Below are positions 16,403 to 25,904 of a stretch of DNA of 64,000 nt, piece by piece; position 1 is the stretch's first letter, and every line of letters starts with the position of its first letter. Position numbers and translations under genes: made by a program. This stretch comes from an uncultured virus (IMG/VR IMGVR_UViG_3300020438_000025). Its lineage: Duplodnaviria; Heunggongvirae; Uroviricota; Caudoviricetes. Where the stretch lies: the IMG/VR virus record IMGVR_UViG_3300020438_000025. One strand, written 5' to 3'. A model generated the notes under the pieces. It was not told the DNA's origin. It worked only from the letters and a program-made list of their open reading frames with translations, and searched no databases.

Positions 16403-16534
16403 TTAATCGTATATAAAAGGATCTCTTTTTCTTAATTCTTTCAGTCTTTTGCGAAACTCTATTTCTTCTTTACACCAGTCATAAGGATATCTTATATACA
16501 TCCAAATTTTTTTTAGATGTTTTTTCCAAACCAT
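16403..16534 (-). CDS. 43-aa basic microprotein ending RKRDPFIYD (not in the ORF track)
   Basis: Open frame MVWKKHLKKIW...RLKELRKRDPFIYD* that fills the gap between primase and carbamoyltransferase. Confidence 0.7.
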   Translation of the reverse strand: MVWKKHLKKIWMYIRYPYDWCKEEIEFRKRLKELRKRDPFIYD

Positions 16535-17493
16535 CTTTTTGCTCCAAGTTTAATTTTTAATGCAGTTTGTTGTTTATATTTAATAATACTGTTCAAAGTA
16601 AGTATTCTTCCGTATTTATCAACAGCATCTCCTACATCTTTTACAGTTTCGTCCCAAGGTGGCATACTTATTGTCCAACCATTGTCTATAGCAATTTCAA
16701 CAAAGTTTTTGCCTGCTTTATCTCTATCAGGAACACAAATAATTTCTTTTTGTAATGAATTTAGTAGTAAAACTTGTTGTTGATTTATTTCTGAACCAAG
16801 TGTGGCTAGACCTTGCATATGGATTGCATCAATTGGTCCTTCACATACTATAGCAAATTTTTTATCAACTGTTTGGTTATCATATCCATAAACATAGCCA
16901 GGTTGTGAAGAAGTAAGGTATTTTACTTTGTTTTTTTTAACTGATCTTGCAGTATAACCAACAATATTTTTTTTGAATGTAAAAGGAATAATTAATCGAT
17001 CTTTGTATGCTAACTGTGATGACCAATATAGATTATTTTGAAAATAAGATAAGGATCTGTTATCTATGTAGGCTAAAACATGTTGTACCAATTTTTGATC
17101 AACTTGGCTTATATTCTTTGTGTTTTCTGGCAATAAGGTTGTAGTAAAGTTCGGAATAGTTACAAGTTTTGTGCTTCCATAGAGACCTTCGTTTTGTCTT
17201 AGTATCTCTAATGATAACTTTGTGATAGTTTCGTCATTTACGTTAATCCATGACAGAAATTTTTTTGTTTTATTTGATAGATTCCTACCGGCCTGCCATG
17301 AGCATTTATAACCACAGTTAAAACAGTGATAACTAAAAGACCCATCTGCATTAGGTAAGAATCCTCCACGTCCTCGGTTATCCATTCTATGGCCATTATG
17401 ATGACAACAAGGCGCATTAAATGATATCCAACCACTTGGTGTTTTTTTTCTTTTGTTAGGTAGATGTTGTAAAAATATATCAGTTATAACCAT
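16513..17493 (-). CDS. gp61: DNA primase (T4 gp61-like)
   Basis: Zn-binding PCC...HCFNCG, RLIIPF, GYTAR, and TOPRIM EGPIDA and PDRD motifs. Confidence 0.9.
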   Translation of the reverse strand: MVITDIFLQHLPNKRKKTPSGWISFNAPCCHHNGHRMDNRGRGGFLPNADGSFSYHCFNCGYKCSWQAGRNLSNKTKKFLSWINVNDETITKLSLEILRQNEGLYGSTKLVTIPNFTTTLLPENTKNISQVDQKLVQHVLAYIDNRSLSYFQNNLYWSSQLAYKDRLIIPFTFKKNIVGYTARSVKKNKVKYLTSSQPGYVYGYDNQTVDKKFAIVCEGPIDAIHMQGLATLGSEINQQQVLLLNSLQKEIICVPDRDKAGKNFVEIAIDNGWTISMPPWDETVKDVGDAVDKYGRILTLNSIIKYKQQTALKIKLGAKRWFGKNI

Positions 17494-17498
17494 AATAT

Positions 17499-17527
17499 AT
17501 TATAATATGATTATGTTAATTTGTCAA
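17499..17527 (-). promoter_or_regulatory. Consensus sigma70 promoter, leaderless primase mRNA
   Basis: TTGACA-17-TATAAT, then ATG only 5 nt downstream. Confidence 0.8.
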
Positions 17528-18307
17528 TTAATTTCTTACCAATATTTTAGATATTGCTGTGGTTGGATTAGCACTAGCTTTAAATCTTATATAGGAAAAT
17601 ACACCATTAAAATTTACAGGCACAGGTGTTGTTTCAGATCCAGTAAAAGTTAATGTTGTAAGGTCAGCCCAATTTGTTCCAACTGAAATTGTGTTTTCTA
17701 AAGTTGCTTGCGTAATGACAGTGCCTGTGTAATTATTTGTATATATAGCAGCAGTGTGCAGAGCCTCGTTACCATTGATTGCAGGTTCAGCATTAATAGA
17801 TTCACTGTACCAAACAGCACCATCCTGTGTGAATGTGGTTACATTATATGTGTCTGATGGTCCTGGAAATGCATAGTCATCTACAAATATAGTGGCATCA
17901 TTATCAAAATGACTGTCAGAGTATGTTAACGTTTTATTATTACTACTATCTGTCAAATATATATTATATCTCAAATACTGTCTTGGAATATTGTATAAAT
18001 CATTTTCTGTTATATTTACAGTAAACATTCCTCTTGCAGCACTGCTATCATCTAAATAATTTAACACACCGTCATGTTTTATTACTTGTTTGCCACTTTC
18101 ATCAAAAGCAACAAATTTTGGGGTATAATTTGTTACACTAATTGGTTTTTGATCAGCATTAACCAGTCTAAATTGCAGTCTATTATCAATTCCCCTGTAG
18201 ACTTTTAATTGACGTGTATACACTTTTTTATACTCCGTGGTAATACCTACTTCACTAGCAATGATTGTAATTACATTATTAACTAAATACCTAGGTGTAA
18301 GTTGCAT
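17528..18307 (-). CDS. Conserved late hypothetical protein, probably structural
   Basis: Start 4 nt below ATAAATA (18312-18318); beta-rich sequence with YRGIDN..F...NADQKP. Confidence 0.75.
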   Translation of the reverse strand: MQLTPRYLVNNVITIIASEVGITTEYKKVYTRQLKVYRGIDNRLQFRLVNADQKPISVTNYTPKFVAFDESGKQVIKHDGVLNYLDDSSAARGMFTVNITENDLYNIPRQYLRYNIYLTDSSNNKTLTYSDSHFDNDATIFVDDYAFPGPSDTYNVTTFTQDGAVWYSESINAEPAINGNEALHTAAIYTNNYTGTVITQATLENTISVGTNWADLTTLTFTGSETTPVPVNFNGVFSYIRFKASANPTTAISKILVRN

Positions 18308-18337
18308 ACTATATTTATTAGGAAAGATTGAATTATA

Positions 18338-18712
18338 ATGTTGAGAAAAGAAATAGAAAGAGATCACCCATATATTAGCGTACTTACTTATGGAGGGAAA
18401 GAGTATGTTGGCATCATAGTCAATCAAGATCAACATATTACAAGTATTTTAAATTATGCAGCTTGCAGAAATTTTTCAGACAAACAAATGTTATTAGAAT
18501 TAGGAAAGACATGGTGGATGGAAAGCAACAGGATGATTCCTATAACAATTTTTTTACATGAAGAAATTACAGCTATACGTTATTGTCAGATGAACATGAA
18601 CACAAAAGACGTCCATGTAGTATCAGGTCCTACTGTAAATCTCAGTTCCATTAATTCTAAACGTGTTAAAAGAAAAAATATACAGTTAATTAGAAGACCT
18701 AAGAAGGTGTAA
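18338..18712 (+). CDS. Conserved phage hypothetical protein
   Basis: YVGIIVN...WWMESNRMIPITIFL motif; occupies the gap between neighbouring genes. Confidence 0.8.
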   Translation: MLRKEIERDHPYISVLTYGGKEYVGIIVNQDQHITSILNYAACRNFSDKQMLLELGKTWWMESNRMIPITIFLHEEITAIRYCQMNMNTKDVHVVSGPTVNLSSINSKRVKRKNIQLIRRPKKV

Positions 18713-19259
18713 ATTCAGCACACAGTAAATTCATATGGACAATTACTGCTACTGCATACGAAATAGCATGTGCTTTTTTAAAATAATACGATCCGTCATT
18801 AGGTACTATCCATACGTTATCCAAAATAAAATCCCAATTATCTTTTTGTAAATATCTTTTTGCTGGACGGATTATTGCTAGTACTGCTGCAAGTTGTTCA
18901 ATATTTCTTGGTTTCAGTTGTATTACAATGTCACTATGTCCAGACAGATGAAATAGCTTATCTATAAAAATTTTATGTTCTAATAAATCCCATAATGGTT
19001 CTGTTTCCATAAGTTTGATCAAATGAGCTTCATCTTTCACATCTTTATACAGTGACACATTTAAAAAATCAAGTTTAAAGTAACCTCTCTGTTCTGCTTT
19101 TTTATAATCAATTGTACAATAATTAGTGACAGGATCTTTAGGAATTTCTGTGACGTATACTCCAGTGTTGTGTTTTTTATTATTTTTTAGAACTGCTACT
19201 GTATGATCTAGTGTAGATAATATTTGATCTCTGTTTGCAAAATCAATGTCTATGTCCAT
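18699..19259 (-). CDS. Minimal or split DNA polymerase III alpha catalytic fragment
   Basis: MDIDIDF, KHNTGVYV, FKLDFLN, AIIRP and YFKKAHAISYA motifs in only 186 aa. Confidence 0.85.
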   Translation of the reverse strand: MDIDIDFANRDQILSTLDHTVAVLKNNKKHNTGVYVTEIPKDPVTNYCTIDYKKAEQRGYFKLDFLNVSLYKDVKDEAHLIKLMETEPLWDLLEHKIFIDKLFHLSGHSDIVIQLKPRNIEQLAAVLAIIRPAKRYLQKDNWDFILDNVWIVPNDGSYYFKKAHAISYAVAVIVHMNLLCAEFTPS

Positions 19260-19746
19260 GTTTGTTCATCTTATATGCTTTTTTTGTAGCCATCTTCCAT
19301 GCTAATCTTGTAGCTCTGTCCTTAAATGTAATACCTTGCAGATGGTCATATTCGTGTAGAAAACATCGAGCAGAGTATTCTGTCAAGTGCTGTCTCTTTT
19401 GTTCAAGATTTTCATCAGTATATTCTACAAGAACTTCTTTCGGACGTTTAACTTGCACAAACACATCTGGAAAACTTAGACATCCTTCTATATCTATTAC
19501 GGTATCTTTTGTATGTTGCAGTATCTGCGGGTTTATGCATAGGCTACAATTTTCTCGTGAATCACCCATCACAAATAACTGTTTGTTTATACCAACTTGG
19601 CTAGCACTTAAACCAATGCCGTTATGTTCGATCATTAATTCTACCATTTGATATTTCAATTCGTATGTGTTGAAATCAACAGAAGTAATGTCAATAACAT
19701 CAAGTTTTTTATCTAAAAATTCGTTTGGATAGTAAAGTAGATTCAT
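19243..19746 (-). CDS. def: Peptide deformylase
   Basis: GIGLSASQVG, EGCLS and HEYDHL motifs. Confidence 0.95.
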   Translation of the reverse strand: MNLLYYPNEFLDKKLDVIDITSVDFNTYELKYQMVELMIEHNGIGLSASQVGINKQLFVMGDSRENCSLCINPQILQHTKDTVIDIEGCLSFPDVFVQVKRPKEVLVEYTDENLEQKRQHLTEYSARCFLHEYDHLQGITFKDRATRLAWKMATKKAYKMNKHGHRH

Positions 19747-20453
19747 AAATCACTTTCTTTGATAATATCTTTTGCTATCTGTAATTCGGTATTCCTACGT
19801 TTGAATTGTAAGGACCAATATTCTGGATTCATTATATGATATATCATTTCTAGCTGCTCCGTGTTAAATTTATTTAACATTTCTCTACCTGTATGAGAAT
19901 TTAAAATTACCCAAGGACTAATTTTTCCATCTTTTATATCATATACTGCACGTGAAAGAGATACAAAATTAAAATAATGATTCCATAATGCAGGTGGATT
20001 ATTTTCAGCCCATTTGACCATTGTAAGAACTGTGCGCTCAAGTGCAACAGATACATGTTCTTTTCTAATTAAATTTAAAGCATACGTCTCATATAGTTCG
20101 TCTTTACACCAATGCTCTAATTTTATACCACTGGTAACTATATAGTCTATGTATTGTTCTGTATATAATGGTTGAACATTTGCAATATAACTACCAAATT
20201 TAACAAATGCATTGTAATAAGGAGATTGCATAAAGTTATCATAAGTTTTATTCTTAGTACAATGACTAGTCAATTTATAAAACTGATTGTATGCATAAAA
20301 ACCTAATTGAACACGTTTCTCTCCTTTTTGTAAAGCTCTTCGTTTCTTTTCGCACATATGTGCAAAAAGAGTTTTTTCTTTACTGTAGGATGTATTACAG
20401 TATATACATTTAAAAGGTTTTTCTATTTTGTGCATGACTTTTTCAGCAATCAA
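19743..20453 (-). CDS. Hypothetical protein with an N-terminal zinc finger
   Basis: FKCIYC...AHMC motif; coupled to neighbouring genes. Confidence 0.8.
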   Translation of the reverse strand: MIAEKVMHKIEKPFKCIYCNTSYSKEKTLFAHMCEKKRRALQKGEKRVQLGFYAYNQFYKLTSHCTKNKTYDNFMQSPYYNAFVKFGSYIANVQPLYTEQYIDYIVTSGIKLEHWCKDELYETYALNLIRKEHVSVALERTVLTMVKWAENNPPALWNHYFNFVSLSRAVYDIKDGKISPWVILNSHTGREMLNKFNTEQLEMIYHIMNPEYWSLQFKRRNTELQIAKDIIKESDL

Positions 20454-20911
20454 ATCTCCATCCCGTGATCAAGAATTAATTGTTTAATATTCTCATTACT
20501 TTCAATAATAACATATGTGTCAATATCAACTGATTTTGCACTTGGATACAATTCACACAATTTTTTTCTATATTTTTGCTTTTGTTTATCAAGAGATAAG
20601 TGATCAGTTTTAAAACCAATATATGGATGAAATTTAATTTTGTTATGTAACCGTTTTCCTAATGCGCAAAGTGTTATCCACATTATTTTTGGATTTCTAC
20701 TAAAAAGTAGATAGTGTTTATTAAAATATTCATTTGTATAGAGAATAGCTAGTTTTTGTATATCTGCGGATCCAGACACGCTCGATACATATCTGTTTAA
20801 CAAAAAGAAAGGAATTGCTTTCTTTTGGTTAAGGGTTAGTTCTTCCCAAACCTCTTTGGAACCTGTGTCAATTGCGGCTAGCAGATCTTTTACTGGTATT
20901 TTTTCACTCAT
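20450..20911 (-). CDS. Clamp-loader small subunit (gp62-like), tentative
   Basis: PFFLLNRYVS...NEYFN pattern; replication-gene context. Confidence 0.55.
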   Translation of the reverse strand: MSEKIPVKDLLAAIDTGSKEVWEELTLNQKKAIPFFLLNRYVSSVSGSADIQKLAILYTNEYFNKHYLLFSRNPKIMWITLCALGKRLHNKIKFHPYIGFKTDHLSLDKQKQKYRKKLCELYPSAKSVDIDTYVIIESNENIKQLILDHGMEI

Positions 20912-20916
20912 AAATT

Positions 20917-20945
20917 ATTATATTATATTAATTTACAAAAGTCAA
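20917..20945 (-). promoter_or_regulatory. sigma70 promoter, leaderless mRNA
   Basis: TTGACT-17-TATAAT, with ATG 5 nt downstream. Confidence 0.75.
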
Positions 20946-21429
20946 TTATTTCTGTTTGTTTTGATACTTCTTTAATAAAAAATGCGCACAATGGTTCAGG
21001 TTCATCATTTAAAGGTACTGATAAAAGTTGTCCATTTTTCACTTTAGGAAAATACCATTTTACATCATTGTAAAAATTTGTAACTTTAATTTCAGCATAA
21101 TCAGCTTTTACACTACGTAATGGATTGAATAAGAAAGCATCAAATCCCCTGTCGTTTAAACTAGTCAATGGTAAAATTTCCAAATCTTTACCAGTATGCC
21201 TACACCCTACAGCAATATGCCAATCAACAGGCATTACTAATTCATGTTCACCTATACGCAGCACAATAGCTGGCATATTAAATGATTCTAAAAATATCAA
21301 AGGTATGAAGAAAAAATCTGGATCTTGTGGATCACTGTTATCTAAAACACTGAATCTAAAATCATCTTCTATTTCTTCAGGTAAATTATTTAAATGATAA
21401 CTTGTGTTATCTAGTGTAAGTATACGCAT
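20923..21429 (-). CDS. Conserved phage hypothetical protein
   Basis: AGGA RBS and ATG at 21429 (MRILTLDN); PLIFLESF and VKWYFPK motifs. Confidence 0.8.
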   Translation of the reverse strand: MRILTLDNTSYHLNNLPEEIEDDFRFSVLDNSDPQDPDFFFIPLIFLESFNMPAIVLRIGEHELVMPVDWHIAVGCRHTGKDLEILPLTSLNDRGFDAFLFNPLRSVKADYAEIKVTNFYNDVKWYFPKVKNGQLLSVPLNDEPEPLCAFFIKEVSKQTEIIDFCKLI

Positions 21430-21445
21430 TTTATTCCTATTAAAA

Positions 21446-22912
21446 TTATTTTTGCCAATCAATCTTTTCTATTGTAAATGGATATTCAGCTTGTTTATAA
21501 AATTTTTTCCTTTCTGTAATATGTTTTTTTGCAAATTTACACGTACTCGTAATATCCCATATTTGTACAAAATCTTTATCTTTTGCCTTACGGATACCCC
21601 TACCAATTGATTGAATCACCCGAACAAATGATTTTCCAGGTTCCAACAACACTAAATTAAAAATACGCGGTATATTTATTCCAACTGCCGCTACACCATA
21701 TGTAGCAATAATTACCATATTTGTTGCGTCTTGTACTTCGTCATAAGTTGATGTTCTATCTTTTAATTTAACATCACCATTTATAAAAATAGAATTAGGA
21801 ATTGCTTCTGATAATTTTTCACCTGCGCTTATCCTATCGACTAGTATAAGAGTATTTCCACTTTCTTTTATATTCCTAAGAGTTGTTGCAATATATTTAA
21901 TTCTTTCGTCGTTAGTTACAAGATATTTTAATTCAGATTGATAATCTTTATGCACTTGTGTATCTAATAATTGTAAAATATTTACATGACAGTTAGAAAG
22001 AACTCCTTTGTCTTGTAATTCTTTAGCAGTTATCTTTCCTATAACTGGTCCTATGCTGCTTAATAAAGCTTCAAATTCAAAACTTTCTTTTGGTATTGTA
22101 CCAGTTAATCCCCATCGTATGGGAGCATTTTTAAGATTTTTAGTCAACAAGTTTTTTAAAATTTCAGCCTTTGCTTGATGCACTTCGTCAATTATTACTG
22201 TTTTTACATTGTCTAAAAATTCAGCTAGGGTTAAGATAGATGTGCCATCCTTTGCTTTTTTATCTAAAACATTTAAGCTTTGCCATGTACATATTGTATG
22301 TGTTTTATTTAAATCCTTCCTGTCACCAAAGTAAACACCAACATCAAGATTACAATTTTTATAATCTGTTTCTGTCTGGGTGACTAATGATTTGTTTGGC
22401 ACTATTACTAAACTACGACCATACTGTTCTGTAATATGACTTAACGTGGCAGTGGTAATAGTTTTACCTGCACCGGTGGCTATTTCCTGTAACGATTGTG
22501 GATTTTCTAAAAAATTGTTGATTGCTGTTACCTGATAATCACGTAGTACTATATGCTCACCTGCAGCCACATGTCCACTTGGCCATTTGACATTTTGATC
22601 CTTCCAATAATCACACGTTATTTTAGGAAATTCAATATTTATTGTTTGTCTTTTATCAATTACATCTACAATATCTACATTGTTGTTTTGTAATATTTCT
22701 GAAATAGTATCTAAATGGTTAACATAGCCTGTACCTCCAATACTAAAAAAAGGAATTTTACCATCCCATCTGCCAAGTTTGTAAGTCGGCATGTATCGTG
22801 CGTATGGTACTTCAAATTTTAATTTATTTGCTATTTTTCTACGTATATCAATATCAAGACCAATTAATTTTATGTTTACTTCATCTTCTATTATTAGCTT
22901 GCAAGTTTTCAT
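21446..22912 (-). CDS. uvsW: SF2 DNA helicase UvsW
   Basis: WDGK, LRDYQ, ATGAGKT, DEVH, GLTGT and QSIGRGIR motifs. Confidence 0.93.
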   Translation of the reverse strand: MKTCKLIIEDEVNIKLIGLDIDIRRKIANKLKFEVPYARYMPTYKLGRWDGKIPFFSIGGTGYVNHLDTISEILQNNNVDIVDVIDKRQTINIEFPKITCDYWKDQNVKWPSGHVAAGEHIVLRDYQVTAINNFLENPQSLQEIATGAGKTITTATLSHITEQYGRSLVIVPNKSLVTQTETDYKNCNLDVGVYFGDRKDLNKTHTICTWQSLNVLDKKAKDGTSILTLAEFLDNVKTVIIDEVHQAKAEILKNLLTKNLKNAPIRWGLTGTIPKESFEFEALLSSIGPVIGKITAKELQDKGVLSNCHVNILQLLDTQVHKDYQSELKYLVTNDERIKYIATTLRNIKESGNTLILVDRISAGEKLSEAIPNSIFINGDVKLKDRTSTYDEVQDATNMVIIATYGVAAVGINIPRIFNLVLLEPGKSFVRVIQSIGRGIRKAKDKDFVQIWDITSTCKFAKKHITERKKFYKQAEYPFTIEKIDWQK

Positions 22913-24186
22913 TCTATTAACTCTATTGGATTTGATACAGAATATGGAGGTAAATTATCATAATATATTACTAAATCACAGCCCTGTGTAAACAATTGTA
23001 CATGAGTGCTACATCTATAGCAATCTAAAATTACTACAGATTGCGGATGCCAATTACTTTCTAGTAAAGGTTTTGGTAATTTAGTACTATTAATATATAC
23101 GACATCAACATTGTGTGTTGAAAAATTTGAATTTAGGTGTTGATTTTTAATATAATTATTAAAATCTATATTTTCTTCTGTAGAATTATCTAATCTAAAT
23201 AATACACTTGTGTTTACCTTAGTTGTCTTAAGTTCTTCTTGTATAATTTGATTTGCATCATACAATTGCGTTCGCACATTAATATCTTTAAAATGCTTAG
23301 AATTTTTATCTCTTAATATAAACAATACTGGTAGACGATCAAGAGAAACTAAACTTCTAATTATATTCCTTAAAGAATAATCTATATTCTTAATAAAAAT
23401 TTGTCTAGATTTACGTTGTACTATTTGTTTTGTTAGTCTATCATAGTATGATAATTCTTGCTGTAATGTTTCTTTATCAAAATGTTGTAATCCTAAAATA
23501 TCTTTCCTATCCATATATTTTACTATGGTTTCTCTGGCTGGTAAACCTAGATTTTTTACTGCGTAATTATATGCACTGGGTGAAATATTTTTTAATTTAA
23601 AATTATAAATTCCTGGTAAGAACAATGATGAATTATCGTATATAGATTTGATGTTATTATAATATTCTGTTATTTCTGGATCTATTTCAAAATTACAATC
23701 TTTTAATTTATCAACAATACAAAAAACATTTTTTTCTGTGAAACGCAAATAGTGTGTTTTAGTTTTAGAATTATATCCTGAAGCTCCCTGTTGTAATGAT
23801 TTTATAAGATCAATATGTTTGATCATTTTTTTACTGAAAGGGAATCTAATAGCTAACATTTTTACTTCAGTAGCAGCATGAAACAAATCTTCATAACTGG
23901 TTTGAATAACTAGTTGTATAGTTTTAGATCTGTTTATAATTCTATATTCTTGTTTAACAATATCAATATCATTGCAAAAATTTGTGTAACCAAGTTCTAG
24001 CCATTCTTGTTTAAATTCTAATAATTTCTTTTTTGCTAAAAGGTGTTGACGATCGGTCATTGCAATATGCTTTTTAGCTTGATTTGCTAAACTATACAGC
24101 AATTTTTTGTCTTCAGTTTTTATAGGAATTTTAGGATTATTCTCTTGTGAATCTACTAAAATTATAAGATAATCTTCTACTGTCAT
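22909..24186 (-). CDS. Hypothetical protein coupled to uvsW
   Basis: 425-aa ORF with ATGA overlap. Confidence 0.8.
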   Translation of the reverse strand: MTVEDYLIILVDSQENNPKIPIKTEDKKLLYSLANQAKKHIAMTDRQHLLAKKKLLEFKQEWLELGYTNFCNDIDIVKQEYRIINRSKTIQLVIQTSYEDLFHAATEVKMLAIRFPFSKKMIKHIDLIKSLQQGASGYNSKTKTHYLRFTEKNVFCIVDKLKDCNFEIDPEITEYYNNIKSIYDNSSLFLPGIYNFKLKNISPSAYNYAVKNLGLPARETIVKYMDRKDILGLQHFDKETLQQELSYYDRLTKQIVQRKSRQIFIKNIDYSLRNIIRSLVSLDRLPVLFILRDKNSKHFKDINVRTQLYDANQIIQEELKTTKVNTSVLFRLDNSTEENIDFNNYIKNQHLNSNFSTHNVDVVYINSTKLPKPLLESNWHPQSVVILDCYRCSTHVQLFTQGCDLVIYYDNLPPYSVSNPIELIE

Positions 24187-24209
24187 AACAATACCATATT
24201 TTATATAAT

Positions 24210-24238
24210 ATTATAACACTTTACAAATAAGAAATCAA
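24210..24238 (-). promoter_or_regulatory. sigma70 promoter for the uvsW operon
   Basis: TTGATT-17-TATAAT with an extended -10 TG. Confidence 0.65.
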
Positions 24239-25084
24239 CCTAGAAAGTGGATATCCTGTTGAAATTTCATCTGCTGTCCATTCAGTAAAGCTTATTTTTT
24301 TAAGCCATTCTTCTCTATCAGGGTGTATTGGTTGTTCAATGTGTTCGAATGTTTGATTGCTTACTGGCCATGCTAAACTTTTTTTATTAACAAAAATTGG
24401 AACTCCTGCTATAGCTGCTAGTGTACCAGGATTACTAGAATAATTTACAACAGTTGAAATATTTGTTAAATCAAAATCATAATCATCATAAGTATCTTTT
24501 AACTTTACAGGTTGCTGTAACGTGATATTTTTATGATGTTTTATATGTTTTTTATCTATAGGACATCTTGGATGTGGTCTTATAATTATATTCTGATTTG
24601 AATATTTCCTAATTTCAACAATGGTGTTGTTTACCCATGCATCCATATGCAATGGTGAATCCCATTGCATACTACTTCTGTGTTGACCTGCAATGAGTAT
24701 AGCACCTTGTTTGTGATGCCAAGGTTTTAAAGATAATTTTAGTTTGGAAATCCTACTTTCATCGATGTCGTAAGTACCGTAACAGGCAGAACCGGTTATT
24801 CCATTAACAGCCATCTTCCATGTATGACCTCTTGCGAAAGCACCAACTTCTAAAACAATTATGTTTTTATTTTGTTGTTTGGCACGATTCCATATTTCTA
24901 AATTACCTTGCATTCGACCACGTAATAAAACACTCCAAATTACATGTACGTCTGCTGATAAACTATTATGTATACATTTATAACCTAACCTATTAGCGCC
25001 CATTTGAAAAGCATCAAAAACAGGTTTGCTATTCAATGCTCCAAATTTAGACCATAAACTAAATGTTTTGCCAGTATGGTTCAT
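24221..25084 (-). CDS. Capsule-biosynthesis-like (KpsS/KpsC-type GT-B) protein
   Basis: ILIAGQ, IIIRPHP, VVNYSS..A..AGVP and EWTADEI.TG motifs. Confidence 0.7.
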   Translation of the reverse strand: MNHTGKTFSLWSKFGALNSKPVFDAFQMGANRLGYKCIHNSLSADVHVIWSVLLRGRMQGNLEIWNRAKQQNKNIIVLEVGAFARGHTWKMAVNGITGSACYGTYDIDESRISKLKLSLKPWHHKQGAILIAGQHRSSMQWDSPLHMDAWVNNTIVEIRKYSNQNIIIRPHPRCPIDKKHIKHHKNITLQQPVKLKDTYDDYDFDLTNISTVVNYSSNPGTLAAIAGVPIFVNKKSLAWPVSNQTFEHIEQPIHPDREEWLKKISFTEWTADEISTGYPLSRLISYL

Positions 25085-25904
25085 TTCTTAACACACTTAA
25101 ATCTCGTCTAGCACTTTTCTTTGTAGCCTTCCTTGCTCCTTTTAGATGATCAATCCATGTGCCTAAAATACAGTTTATAATCGGATGGCCTCCTCCTCCA
25201 GTTTTTGCAGTAGCCAAAGAAAGATTTTCTGTATAATCAAAATAATTTGGATTTTGTTTTTTAAATTTATCTAGAACATGTCCGAACACATAACTATCGT
25301 GCCATTCTTCTAATTTGAATATACCTTGTTCAGCATTTTCATACATAGCTTCGAATTCCTGTAAGAATTTCCTACAAGTGCTATCATTAAGGTTTAGTCC
25401 ATAAAAACCACATTCGGGCCAGGTCTGAGCAGTTTTACCTCTACCTACATAAGTAATCCATTTGTCTTTTGGCAATAAAGCTGCAAAATCATTGTACGCC
25501 CAATCATTATGCACAAAGGTATCAGCATCCATCCATATACACCAGTCGCTACAATGATTTGCTGTTTCAAATATTGCATAAACTTTGTTTGCAAATCTTA
25601 CAGCATCCCATTTAAATTCTTTGTGCCAATCTTTTGGCCTCTTTGCTTTGATATGATCAGGAGGAATACCATTAGCATATAAAACATTTTTATACCGTTT
25701 TTTAAATGCTTTTAGTTTTGGTAAAGATTCTGCAGCATTTAAAATTGTAATCTGCTCTTTATTTTCCAAATTTGGATTACAATTTTCTGCATAGCATATT
25801 AATTTAATTTTATTATCAACTCTTGTTGTAAAAGAATCCAAAAACCTTTGTCCATACAGTGTCAATCCTTCCTGATTAAACGTAGTAACAACAGTAATAT
25901 TCAT
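25059..25904 (-). CDS. GT-A glycosyltransferase / nucleotide-diphospho-sugar transferase
   Basis: VVTTF, WDAVRFANKV, WMDAD (DxD), EWHDS and DHLKG motifs. Confidence 0.8.
   Translation of the reverse strand: MNITVVTTFNQEGLTLYGQRFLDSFTTRVDNKIKLICYAENCNPNLENKEQITILNAAESLPKLKAFKKRYKNVLYANGIPPDHIKAKRPKDWHKEFKWDAVRFANKVYAIFETANHCSDWCIWMDADTFVHNDWAYNDFAALLPKDKWITYVGRGKTAQTWPECGFYGLNLNDSTCRKFLQEFEAMYENAEQGIFKLEEWHDSYVFGHVLDKFKKQNPNYFDYTENLSLATAKTGGGGHPIINCILGTWIDHLKGARKATKKSARRDLSVLRNEPYWQNI

Noticed and set aside
10626..19259. The two dnaE-like ORFs as halves of one split or intein-spliced gene
   Set aside because: Both contain the same catalytic motifs, so they are paralogues rather than complementary halves; no intein motifs are visible.
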